This document shows positions 1-12,030 of a stretch of DNA of 64,000 nt, one piece after another (position 1 is the first letter of the stretch; each line of letters begins with the position of its first letter). The notes beneath the pieces are model-generated. The model saw nothing but the letters and a program-made list of their open reading frames with translations. It had not been told where the DNA came from and searched no databases. Source of the stretch: Camelus dromedarius (lineage: Eukaryota); assembly GCF_036321535.1 (NCBI RefSeq), contig NC_087436.1, forward strand, positions 93,186,001-93,250,000, in the 5' to 3' direction. The translations under genes and the position numbers were made by a program.

Positions 1-832
1 AGGCAGGGTAACCTGAACAGGGAAGTAAATGACATGTCTCATGGAGCTAGAATTTGGGAAAATATTTAAAATGTTTGTCCTTGCAATCAGTTTCAAAGTC
101 AAACATCCTCTTTCACCAGCTTCTTACTCTTCACAGGAAACGCCAACACCTAGGCTTGTAGCCTGCCTCTAATTTATGACAAAGAAGACAGTTTACATTT
201 GATCATATCCTACAATATCCATAGACATTTCATCAACATTTTGGCCCATTTTAGCAACATATTTTTCTTACTCAGTCTTTCTGAAGGAAAGCCAGAAGAA
301 ATAATCCATTTTAGGGTATTTTTCTTGCATTGGTGTTTGAAGAAATTTAGATCCAAAAATAAGTAGAACATTATGTCACCACAGTTTTGAATACACAAAC
401 TCAGTGTCCGTATGGGTCGAATTCCGTGACACCCCATTCCAAGGGACTGTGAAATTCTTCTTGTCCTGCAGTTCTGGTGTTTCAAATAGTGTGTAGCATT
501 AGCAGGCCAAGGCTGGGTCTCGATAATCTTTTTTAAAAAAATTATTTTCAGAGCCCAAGATTTATTGCAAAGTAATAGGAATGCTTTCTTTGTGGTGAGT
601 CTGTAACTTCACTGTCACTTGTAGTTGTAAATACTGAATCCTATTGACTGTTTATTCTCAAATGCCATTTTACTGCCTATGTGAAGTGAATGTCAGAGCA
701 CAAATCTTAAAGACATTACCTGTGAAGCGAAATCAACTTGTAATCATTTTTGATGTCACTTAATTACGGAGTTTTTTTCAACATGCCATTACTAAGTCAG
801 GGGTAGAAATATGTCCAAAGATAAACATAGAA

Positions 833-1020
833 AGACTTGGTTTCTAATCATGCCTTTCCCACTTACTGATGTACTTGGCAAGCTACATAAGCTCTCTAAG
901 TCCCAGGTTCCTCACCTGAAAAATGCAATAAAATGTACCTACCAGGTTTTCCTGAGGAGTAAATGAGATAATTTAGTACAGCACTTAAGCTAGTACCCAA
1001 CACCGAGTAGGCAGTTAAAA
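833..1020 (+). mobile_element. MIR SINE fragment
   Basis: MIR core-like text: cttggcaagctacataagctctctaagtcccaggttcctcacctgaaaaatg...aaatgagataat...acagcactt. Confidence 0.7.
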
Positions 1021-1167
1021 GTGTCGGCTCTGGAATTTAATTCTGGCTTGTAACAATAACATAACTATTATTGCTGCTACTGTTGATCTTGTCATGGTTA
1101 TTATTGAATGAATGCTTCACACATTCATCTGAGAGCAAAGTCAAAAGTAAATCATGTTTATAAAATG

Positions 1168-1322
1168 AACATTAACACTGATGACCCAAAACATGCCAGG
1201 TACTGTTCTGAGGGCTTTAAATGTGTTAACTCATTAATCCTGAAAACACCTCCATTATAATATTATCCTATTTACAGCATAATATATGAGGAAACCAAAG
1301 CACAGAGAGGTTTAGCAACTTC
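1168..1322 (-). mobile_element. MIR SINE fragment
   Basis: Antisense MIR: ccaggtactgttctgagggctttaaatgtgttaactcattaatcct...tgaggaaaccaaagcacagagaggtttagcaactt. Confidence 0.7.
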
Positions 1323-1935
1323 AGCATGCACACACAGCAAGTCCCACTCCTACCCTCCAGGTTCAGTTTTTTGCCTCCCTGGGCATACCTGTCAGTCTCA
1401 TATTGTGTCATGATGGACCATTTAGCAGAGCCCTTGGTAGTTCCCTGACCTCATAAAAGGAAGAACAGATTTAAGAACAGAGAAGTCTGAATAGGTAGGT
1501 TCTGCAACTCTCCTGATGGGTACTTTGGGGGCACTTTTAAGAGCACTGCTGGTTGGAATTAAAGAGTTGTAGGACTGACAATGGTTCAGTCCTCAACGGG
1601 GAGCTGTCCAGCCTGGGCTTGAAAGGCTTCTGTGATGAGGAAGTGACTGATTTCTGATGCACTTCACTTCATCTCTGGGTAACTCCGAATGTGATAGAAA
1701 ACTCTTATGTTGTGCCAACATGGTATTCCCAACCATTTCTCCTCATCAGTTCTAATTCTACCTCCATGAAACTGCCTACATCATGCTCAGGCTGTCTTCC
1801 ATTTGACTGTCTTTCAATATTTTGATACTTCCTCATGTCTCTTCTCAGTCTTCTCTTCCCCACATTCAAAGCCTCGCAATTGCTTCCATCCATGTGACAT
1901 GACCCTTCATGTCCTCTCCCCCAGGGACCCCTACT

Positions 1936-2140
1936 TTAGTGGTTAAGAATTCAGGGATGGAATGAGACAGACGTTGTTTGAACCCTAGCTCTGTCTTACT
2001 AATTTTGTAACCTTGGATGAGTTTCCTTAACTGTGAAAGAAGGATAAGAGTATGTACATATACCCTTGTGAGGATTAAATAACAAATTCCCAAGAACATA
2101 GTGTTGTGCCTAGTACATAGTGCATCTCCCCAAATGTTAG
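1936..2140 (+). mobile_element. MIR SINE
   Basis: tagtggttaagaa...tttgaaccctagctctgtcttactaattttgtaaccttggatgagtttccttaac...gtgaggattaaataa...gtgcctagtacatag. Confidence 0.75.
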
Positions 2141-2964
2141 TCGTTTGTAGTTGTTGTCACCATCATCTTGGATGTCGTGAGAGTGTGGGAAGACAAGTGG
2201 GAACGTGACACCTACTCTGGTCCAGAGTCAGACAGCACAGGCAGTGCTGGAAAGACACTCTGATTCCTAAGCTCCCACTGCACACGTCACGACTCCAGTC
2301 CCAGGAATGAGAGCCAAAACGCCTGTTTCTCCCTTTCTCAACGTTGCTTATCTGGGATTTGGAGATCTGTTTACTATTCCAAGCATACTAGTGGTAACAG
2401 ATACATGGACCTTGTAAAACATCACAGAATTCTTTTTTTGTGAAAGATATAAAAGCTAAATGGTATTTTTTTACTATGAGAATAGGGAGATTCTGAAAAC
2501 CATAAGACTATTTAAAATAATGAAAACAGACACAAGACAAATACCAGCTTGAAGGACAAAATTACAGAAGTAGCTAAATCCCTCCTGGGAGTTAAGTTAT
2601 TTCCAACCTTCTTTCCTAAGATGTCAACCATGGTGGAGAGCAATCAAATCATGAGGCATAAACCAAGGAAGTCTTAGCTTAAATGGCTGGTCCTCACTTA
2701 GAAGAGAACGGTGACAACTTGAAAACAAAGTCATTGCAAACGCACACAACCCTGAGGCACAGTCAAGCCACTCTCACCGCCTACCCAGGCTCCAACTGGG
2801 GAACAGTCTTCATTCATATATTACTCTTTAATTTGTTTTTAATAGAAACAATTTACCCTTGTCCAAGTAATTCAGGTTTCCTAAAGAATGGTTTATAGTG
2901 AAAACTGACATCAGTCATGCTAATTCTATTCGAGTCACAGTGAAGTTGCAGGACTAGAATTAAT

Positions 2965-3060
2965 TTCTTTGCAGACAGAGCAGGAATCATCCCTCGGTAC
3001 TCCCCCACAGGACCTAGCACAGACCTTTAACCATATTATGTACTCGATAAATATTTCCCA
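2965..3060 (+). mobile_element. L2 LINE 3' end fragment
   Basis: cctagcacagacc...tactcgataaatattt resembles the L2 terminus. Confidence 0.55.
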
Positions 3061-3231
3061 AACTGCAAAAAAGCAGACCTTTACTTTTCATTAGAATGAC
3101 CCTTGAGCAATAAGGCTCAGGTAGGAACTAGGAGTCCTCGCTAAGGAAAGTTGGAAACAACCTCGATCTGAGTTCTATCCCCAGTTCTGCAGCAGAACCA
3201 AGAGTGAGAGAAGCCCCTGGTGTCAGCTGCC

Positions 3232-3320
3232 TGAGTTCTAATCTGACGTCTACCATCCTGGATGAGTTACCTCACCTCTCCGTGCTCCTTCTCTCATCTG
3301 TAAAATGGGTATAATAATTT
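3232..3320 (+). mobile_element. MIR fragment
   Basis: gatgagttacctcacctctccgtgctcc...ctcatctgtaaaatgggtataata. Confidence 0.55.
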
Positions 3321-3457
3321 ATCTATAATATTATTAGAGAGAATAGGCTTGTTATGAGAAGTAAGTATAATAAATAAAGGAGTTAAGGAGAGCTTTTGGC
3401 CTGTGAATGATCACTCGGTATAATGTTAGCTCTTGTTTTATTATTTGCTACTTGAAG

Positions 3458-3666
3458 GACCTGGAGTAAGTCCACCGTTTCCTGCTCCACCATTTCCTCA
3501 CTTGTAAAGCAGAGTATGAACACAGTGCCAAACGTCCTCCTGCTCCAGGATGGAGTGATAGGAGTCGCTAAGGAGTCCAGCACTCCTGACCTTGAGGGAT
3601 CTGGCAGCAAGACTTTGATGGAAAAGTTTCTGGTTGTTGTTTGGAGAATGACGAAGTAGGCAAAAA
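3458..3666 (+). other. Candidate exon (non-coding or micropeptide), unvalidated
   Basis: Pyrimidine-rich tract ending gaag at 3457, perfect GTAAGT donor at 3667; open frame ending TAG at 3657-3659; no recognisable protein homology. Confidence 0.2.
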
Positions 3667-4804
3667 GTAAGTCTTCTGTTTTCATCTCTCACACAGATAT
3701 CTCAGGACTTAAGTAATAAAACCTGATGATACCTGAACAGTCTGAGGAAGACTGTTACAGATTAAACCTGACTTGGAGGTGTGCAAAGCATTCACAAGCA
3801 ATGCTGGTGCATTCCTGCAGGATGAGAGAGGGAGACACTATTCTTTAAAGTACAGCTGCTTTTCAAGCCATTGGCTTATTGGATCTCCCAGAATCTCCTT
3901 CCCCAGAATGTCTCAGTTAACCATATTGACTCAGGACGATGGAGAAAAGAAATTCGCTCGGTTTCTTGGTATCTATCACTAAGGGTAATTTAATTCTGTC
4001 CCTTTATATGGGAAAAATATTAAAATCCACTTGAAAATATCTGGGCTGGATGCTTGAATTTGGAAGATAGTCCCTTCACTTTACAAGCTGTTTGTGGGGC
4101 TCTGATTATCTATGCGCCAGGTATGTCTCTAAAGAATAACGTACATAGAGTGTGGACACCAGGCCATCAAGTGCTCACTGCGTGCCCACACAGTGCTGGC
4201 CACTTCATGGATATCATCTTTTATTCATTCAATAACCCCCGCATGTATTGCCACTCAGTTTTGATGATCAAAGACACAGAGTGTTCAGCGAGTTGCACAC
4301 TATGACAGGTGACAGCACTGAGATTTGATCCAAGGTCTCTACAGTCCACAGTTCAAGCCATAAGCCTTCAACTTCTGAAGGTAAAGATGAACCTGCCCAA
4401 CTTAAACACAGTGTTTGAACTTTACAAGACAGTTCTTTCCAGGGTTCCAGTTGGAGAGGAAAAAAATATCCATTTCTCAATAGAATTTGGTGTGGCTAAA
4501 TTTATTCTAGTTAAGAATGCTAAAACTGGGGGAGTAAACCCTTTCAGAATACTCTGCCAGTGTTATATCATCACCATGTCATTTGAACACTTCTTCTATA
4601 AAAAAAAGTCTATCAGTTCTGGTAAAAGGGAAAGCAGGAACCAGCACCCCCAACACAGCGGCCCAGAGAGAGCAGTATTTCCTCCTTGGTACAGATATTC
4701 AAACATCTATCTAATAAGAAGGTAATTCTGTTAAACCCTTAGCCCCACAGAAGAGATCAACACTTACTTTCAGACTCTAGTCTGAACTTTTTAAAAATTG
4801 CTTC

Positions 4805-4930
4805 CACACCAATAAATAATGGCCACAGTGACATATCCCTGGTCTAGATACTAGGGCTAATCACCTTAAAATGTGCTAGAGATGTGGCTATCCAATTACA
4901 CGATTTATTTAACAGCTAAACTAATTTATT
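4805..4930. mobile_element. Possible degenerate hAT-Charlie MITE (MER3/MER33-like)
   Basis: ggctaatcaccttaaaatgtgctag...atgtggcta resembles MER3 internal text; weak. Confidence 0.3.
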
Positions 4931-6689
4931 TCAGGACAGGATGACTGAACCCAAGCTAATGTTCATGACTGGTGGAAAAAAAAAAAAAAACAACTTTCCT
5001 TTTAGTTAAGCATTTCACCAAAACTGTTATCCTACTACCATATTTATTGACATTGCCTCTTTCCTTTTCACTTCTGAATAGAAACTTTGCTAACTGACAT
5101 TCTCTGAATGGCACCGGGGACAAAGGATAGCTAAATAACAACTCCAAAAGGCTGATGGCCCTCCTCACGTCGAGAAGGAGAAAACTCCCCACACACGCTG
5201 AACCCTCAACCCACGGGGAGATAAGAATGTTTTCAAAGGGAAGCAAAGAGTTGACGGAAAGTTCCAACAAAAAAGTGAGGAAGTGGTTTATTAGTCAGTA
5301 TGCCAAGTGGAGGGGAGGTCCGTGGGCCTCCTTTTCAAAAGAAGTGAGGCTGGACTCCGGCTCGCATGGGCCCCGCCTGGTGCCGCAGCACCTGCAAAGG
5401 GCAAGGTCGCTCTGACTGCTCTCCAGCGCTGCTCAGAGGCTCCCAACAGAAGCAAAAGCAAAGTGAAACCCCAAGCCCATAGCAATCACGGCACTGCCTG
5501 TAAAGGAGGGTGAGATGTGCAGAAAATGTTTTATAATCAGAATTTTCTCTAGACAGAAGGCTTTTCAGAGGCCTTTGGGGAGATTTCTGAGGATTCTTAA
5601 ACACCATTTCAAGCAAATGTTTGTTGAAGTGCATGCTCTTGTGACATCCTTCTGTTTCTTCACTGTGTAATTAGGAGAATTGCTGGGTACTTTTCCCCTC
5701 CTGCTATGCCTTCTGTCTCTTGTTGATCAAATTCCTGGTAGGAGCTTAGTTAATCAATGTCAGTGGCATTTTTGAAGAATACCCATTTCTTTGGGTTTTT
5801 CTCATGATGCTTGTTCCATATTTGAATACCCAAGAATAGGAATTTAAGATTAAGAGAGATTTAGAAGATGTTGCAGGCTGGTTTGGCAATACAGGATAAA
5901 GTACACAAACTCCCCCTGGAAAAACCATAAACCAGTCTTGAAAGCCCCATATTTATTTACAGGCGTCTTCTCAAAACCACACCTACAAGTGCAGTGACTC
6001 TCCTTCCTAATTAGTTGATCTGTATTCTGCTCACGCATCGCCATGCTCAAAGAACTTTCCAATTTTCATCATCATTTACGAACCAGCCCTGACTCACCAA
6101 GATTTACCGAGCAATCAGCGGCAAAGTTAATTGGAATCCAGACTTTCTAACGCCTACAGAGAAAGCCATGCAGTGCTGAAAAGAGAAAATACAGCTAAGG
6201 AAGCAAGACCAGATTTCAGTATGGCATTTCTGCGCCAGAGAGGCAGGAAGGGAGAATAATTTACAAAGGGGTTAAATACGCATTCAGACAGTGTTGTTTC
6301 TTTTCCTTTTGCCTTTTGGTTGGCTGGGTTAAGCAATACAGGGTCAGGAAGAGCCTGGAAACTTCTACAGATCCGACCTCTTGGGTCTTCTCATGGATCT
6401 GGAATATCCTGGCGTGGAGAAGAGTCATACTGGCTTTGTACCCAAACCCAGGAAAGACAACAGAGAGGGAAGGAATGAGGATGAAGCTTAGGGAGGGGCA
6501 ACTAGATTTGAAGGAGGGGAGGACGGATGTTTTTGTTCATGTCCATATGCCTCAGAAGCCTGGACTTTTATCATTAACAGGGTGTTGCCTTCCCTTGTGA
6601 CCTTATAATTATACAAGATAAATTATAGTCAAACCCGAGCGGTCTTGAAAGCCTTGTAAAGGAATTTAAGGAATTTGAAGTCTTTCGAT

Positions 6690-7720
6690 GTTGTTCTGAA
6701 GGAGCAAGAGAGTAACATGATCCCCACTGTGTGACAGGAGTTCTGACGAAGGCCAGAAGGAACAGGAAGGAAGAGATGATGGATGTGAGAGAGAGGACTT
6801 GGGTGGAATTTACAGGACCCTGGAATGCCTGGAGGTAAGGGTGGGTGTTAGAAACGCCTTCAAGCACGATGGATGCAAAGACGTGTGGCCATTAAGGGAA
6901 ATCGGTTATTAAGGGAAATAAGGCATGCTGAGGTAGAGATCAGCTATGTTTTTGACAGGATGAAATTGAGGAATTGTCCGGAACACAAGAAAGAAGGAGA
7001 CAAAGCCCTGGGGAGAGGTTGGGACTGCCTGTCCCGCGGAGTTCCTGGCATATGGACCTGGGACCTCGGCAAGTAGACAGACAATGGCTCAAATGAAGGG
7101 AGGAAGCAGGATTGTCGAGGGAAATGAGGTAGAGAGAGGTGGAAAGGACCAAGGACAGACCTGAGGAAGGGCCTGCACTGGGCGGGGTCAGGGCCGTGTA
7201 AAGACCGTAAGGGAGAACGAGGAGCTGCAGCATCAAGCCGTCAAGAGGAAAGGTAGTTTCAGGCAGGGGTGGATCAATAGTATCGATCATGTGGAAGGTA
7301 ACTGGTGACCTCGGTGACTCAGAGAGTAGGTTTAACCCAGGTTAGAGATGGAAATAAGTAAAGGGTTAAGATGTGAGGAGAGGCTGTGGAAACGGATGAT
7401 GTAAATGTAGAATATTTTTGCAACAGGTTTGTCCCTGAAGAGGAGGATGGAGAAGGACGTAGCTGGATTCAGGAAAACGGGGAGTTAGCAGTAAGAAGGC
7501 ACTGCGTAGGTGTGTAGACTGAAAGGAAGGAGCTGGTGGCGAGGTGAGGGACAGAAAATGTGAGCGAGATGGGCTTAAGTGGTGGGCCTGGTCCAGGAAG
7601 ATTCTGAAAGCAGTGACATCAAGACAGGATTAGGGGAAGAAGGACAGGACACAGGCTCCAAGGAACACCTGAGACAGAGAGGAAGGAAGGTGAAGGTGCT
7701 TCTGTAAGATTTGAAGCTGG
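6690..7720 (-). mobile_element. L2 LINE fragment (ORF2 region, decayed)
   Basis: About 1 kb purine-rich tract with antisense L2 hallmarks such as gagatgatggatgtgagagagagg, atcaatagtatcgatcatg and aatgtagaatatttttgcaacaggttt. Confidence 0.7.
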
Positions 7721-7949
7721 ACTTGTGATTTATTTTCCTTATGTTTTAGTGTTTTAGTGGCAATGACAGCAAGAGTATTTTACTTAAAAAACTTGCTATT
7801 CTTAGAGGATTGTATTTAAGACAAATTAAAAAATTTTTTTAATCCTGCCTTCCAGTACATACTATTGTACCCTCTCCCTGCCCTGCACGACTAACCTGCC
7901 AAACTAGACAAAAGATCTACCTTTCTTCAGCTACAAAAATGATGCTTTT

Positions 7950-7961
7950 GGGGGGGGGGGG
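7950..7961. repeat. Poly-G run (G12)
   Basis: Seen directly. Confidence 0.9.
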
Positions 7962-8975
7962 TAGTACAAAATAAACCAACCAACCAACCAAAAAATCAAA
8001 ATGCATGTGATAAACCTAAATTTCTGAATTAGTAAATCAGCATTTATCATGATTCTGGATGACAACGACATGTTTGCTGAAATGGGTGTTAACATTCAAA
8101 AAGCCAATAATTTTAATAAAGAAAGAAGTGATGCTTGCATTGAGATTATATATAGGAAGCCGCCTCTTTACAGCCTTTATGACATTAATTCAATCGTCCA
8201 TGAGCTAAAATTATGCCATGCACTGAAAGGATTGACAGAAAATGGTCCCTAAATTCCACAGAATTTACTGTCTCAAGGAGGAGAAATACAAACACATCTT
8301 TCCTAAATAAAATGTAGTTGACGCCCTTGTCGAGCTCTGTGAAAGGGGTGTGGGAACCCAGCTGGAAGCACCCATCGGGGGGCTTCAGAGAGAGGATGTG
8401 AGCTGCATCTCCAACATGACTTCAGCTTGACCGCTTCTCTGAAGAAAGAGGGGTACTGGATGGTGGGGGCAGTAGGAATGAGGGGGCAGGAAATGGGGCT
8501 GGGAAAAGACTTTGGGAAAGAATATGGATTGTATCTTGGCTGAGAATGGAACCAATACAAGAATCTGAATTGGGAAGGAGCCTAACCAGAAATCACTGCC
8601 ATTTACTCAGCCAGTGGCTCATGTGACACCCACCTAAGCCCCATTCCCTCTTTTTCTAGGGAATTCCCAGAAGATGGAAGGCGGGACAGTGCTGTCTCAT
8701 TCCTGCTTTTACAACTCTGAGAGATGAATTTTGAAGCCCTTTTATTTTTCAAATGTTGGATATTCACTTTTTATGACTCTTCCGAGACGAGTGAAATGTG
8801 TCCTTTATGCACATACTGCTTATGGGATGCTTTTATTTGGTCCATGTGTATGCAGCAGCTATTCTTAAAGCTTTAAATAAACTTAACGGCTGTGAGGCAT
8901 CCTTAAGGAACTCAAAACATCACACGTGGGCACCATAGTCAGGTTAAGTAAGAATCTGCAACCTTAGAACCTATC

Positions 8976-9482
8976 TGTTGAACATCGATTTTTTAGGGGA
9001 TGTGAACGAAAAATATTGCCAGTCATATCAGTAAACAAAGGATGCTGCGGCCATCAAGTCATCAGCTCCATCACTCCCCTGATGATGAGCAGAGGGAACT
9101 CAGGATGCAGACAAGCAGGCAGCCCCGCCTCTGCGGCCACTGCCAATGGTGCCCATTGAGGGAACTCAGGATGTGAAAGCACAGGATGCTGGCCCTAGGT
9201 AGCCAGGTGCATATCAAAGGAATGACTTTAATGAGCCCAGACCTTTGCACCTTCCCATACATAGAAAAGCACTAAATTCCTTAACTGAGATATCTGGTTT
9301 GCTTTAATTAACAATAACCTTTTGATTTCCGGCTACCTGATCTTTGTTGCAAAAACCCAAATATCCTGGCTTCTACATTGCCACTTTAGAACAGCTTCTT
9401 AGAGCGATCTGAGTCCTAAGAAAATCCACCGAATAAAACATAACTCTCAACTTTTAGGTTGTGCACTTTATTTCAGTCAACA
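8976..9482 (+). mobile_element. Solo LTR, ERV1-like (family not determined)
   Basis: TGTTGA...TCAACA terminal inverted ends, about 507 bp, AATAAA at about 9432 some 45 bp before the end, internal duplicated gagggaactcaggatg; no TSD. Confidence 0.85.
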
Positions 9483-10689
9483 GAGACATCGAGTTCAGTA
9501 TGGGGAGGGTTAGAAAAAGGGGCTGTGCTGGTGCCAAGTTCAGCTCTTCAGTATTTCTATTCAGATCTTAGGCTCACAATTGAAGCTCCCACGAAACCCT
9601 CACACCCACCGACTCAACTTTATTGGGGCGTAGTTTAGACACTCTCTTGGGGTTTCAATTTGCCACCTTCACCCAATGGGGCTTATCCGAGGATCCCTTC
9701 CAAGCACACAGTGCCTGGAGACAACTCTACTAAGTCAAGTTTTCCTCAACACTTTTAACTTCCAGGTGTTTTAGCACCTTGGTGACTAAAATTGTACTGG
9801 TTCTGCTCAGCCGGTCACATTTTATTAAGGATTTAGAACATCATTTTATTTATAGACACACACACACACAAAGTAGCTATAATTGTTTAAAAAATACATG
9901 TTTTAATGCCTTTGTTTGATTTAGGGCTACTTATTGAAAGAAAAAGCACGAGTTTTCCTTGGATATCTTTTTAAAAAGAGAGCTGGGTTTTGCAAATCAT
10001 CTCTCCTAGACTCTTGTAAATTCTAAGTGTTTGAGAGAGTGGAGCTGTGTTTTTTCAATGTGCTACAAGTACATTAAATAGCACATGGGACTCCCACATA
10101 TAACCCTTTTTATAGGCTTGGAACATAATTTTACATTTATCTTTGCTTTTATGACCACCACTGTTGGTCATGGTGACTACTTGATGCCTAGTCCTTATAA
10201 ACCAGGCAACTCCTCCATCCTCATATTGTTGCTATGGGAAAAAATGAGAACCATGTTATAACAGCCCACATGATGATACACTTTGCAATTTTAGAGCACA
10301 AAGAAGTTCTGTGTTTATTATGTGGCCAGATTGTCAAGCCATCACTAATCAGAGATATACACCAACAAGAGTCACTAAAGATAGTCAAGATAAACAGAAT
10401 TCCATGCAGGAGGACTGCCTTCAGAGTAAATAGGTTATTTGAGGAGCTCTATTAACCTAGCTGGATGATCAGATCAAATATTTTGCCTTGTTGAGGGGGA
10501 GGTTTCCTGGAAAAAGTGGACCCCAAGGCAGATTTTGCAGAGTTGTGAGTGATGTAATTTTATCTTTTTGGAATCTGATCTCCTAGTTCCAAGGCCACTC
10601 CCCAAATTGCTTGACCAGAAGGGTAATTCCCCAATCTGTTCCCACCAAGTCACATACATGAGGGAATACACATGGCAAGGCAGAAAAAG

Positions 10690-10895
10690 CACAGGCTTTG
10701 GGAGTTAAGAGTTCAAAGCCATATGGATTCAAATCCCATTCAGCTGATACTTAAGATATGGGTCATTCCTTAATTTATCTGAGTCTAGTTTCCTCAACTA
10801 TAAATGGGGATTGATAATATAACCTACCTCCTGGGCAGATTCCAAACAATGTATGTAAAGTGTCCAATGGGTACTCAAAAAATGCTAGCTAGTAG
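10690..10895 (+). mobile_element. MIR SINE
   Basis: cacaggctttggga...ggattcaaatccc...tctgagtctagtttcctcaactataaatggggat...tgtatgtaaagtg. Confidence 0.7.
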
Positions 10896-11019
10896 TATTA
10901 CAGGCTAGTAGGCAGCAGAGCTCATGATAAAAAACTAGACTTAGAGATACTGATACTGGCTGTTATCTCTGCACATTACGATATTTTCCCAATATCATAG
11001 TTGCATGACTAACTTCTTA

Positions 11020-11298
11020 CTTTTTTTCAGATTTTTGCTCAAATATTACCTTCTCAAGAAGGTCTACACTGGTCACCCACTCATTCTATTTAACAGGACA
11101 ACCTCTAGCCATTCCTCCCAATATTTTATGACCACCTAACATATGCAATAATTTTCTTATTTATTAGTTTTATTACTATTATTATCTGTTTTCTCAGTAG
11201 ATTATAAACCCATCAAGGGCAGGAATTGTGTCTCTTTTGCCAGCTGATGCATTCCCAGCTCTTAGTGGATTCTTGAAACTTGCTGAATGAATTGAAAG
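11020..11298 (+). mobile_element. L2 3' end
   Basis: ttgctcaaatattaccttctcaagaagg...tagattataaacccatcaagggcaggaattgtgtc...ttgctgaatgaat. Confidence 0.75.
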
Positions 11299-11914
11299 AA
11301 GAACTTTGCTTAGGTTTTTTTGCACTGGAATGTTGGGTCAGTAGAAGAGGAGTGATGCTTCCTCACAATCTTACAGATCAGCTTTAGTGTCAGGGCAAGA
11401 CTGAGGGCATTACTAACTGGGCACCCAGAACCGATGAAAGGCATTTAACTGGCTCTAGTGCAGCAGTATGCCCAGCAGTATGACTGACAGAGGCTCTTCT
11501 GAGATAGGCTTAAGTATTCACAACACGCACCTTTGCCTAAAATTCTTCACACATTATGTGCCCATCAAGAGGCACAAGGGAAGGATGTTTGAGCTTTTCA
11601 TGAACACAGTAGGAAACTCTTGCTAAATCAACATCACCATGAGTGTAATGTCGATCAAGTTCATAATGTTCAACAGAAACCTGTTTTTTGAAATTTGTGA
11701 ACAGTTTCTACTTCCGCTAACTATTCATGCCTTGTTCAAGCAGATGTGTCAACATCTTACCAAAATATCAATCAAATGGCAATGACTGGAATTTTAATCA
11801 ACCACAGAGCTCTCAAATAGAATGGAGATGCTTCCATAGGAAAAAAAAAAAGATGCTATAAAGTTGAGAATGCCCTTTAATCCTGACTGTTAAATCTTCA
11901 GCCTCCACCTTATC

Positions 11915-12030
11915 CTTCTGCAATTATAGTATAAAGTCCCCAGAGTAAAGACTATGGCAATGTCCTGTTCCCTGCACAGTGCCTGGCATCTCACAGGCAC
12001 GTGAGAAATATGTGTTGAATGAATGAGTCA
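11915..12030 (+). mobile_element. L2 3' end
   Basis: cacagtgcctggcatc...aaatatgtgttgaatgaatgag. Confidence 0.7.

Noticed and set aside
210-485. 91-aa minus ORF and a protein-like neighbouring frame (LFETPELQDKKNFTVPWNGVSRNSTHTDTEFVYSKLW)
   Set aside because: The neighbouring frame is bounded by stops, there is no convincing acceptor, and I recognise no homologue; a pseudogene call cannot be supported without a search.
11555-11720. Minus-strand stop-to-stop frame KLFTNFKKQVSVEHYELDRHYTHGDVDLARVSYCVHEKLKHPSLVPLDGHIMCEEF
   Set aside because: Under 60 codons, weak splice signals and no recognised family; expected by chance.
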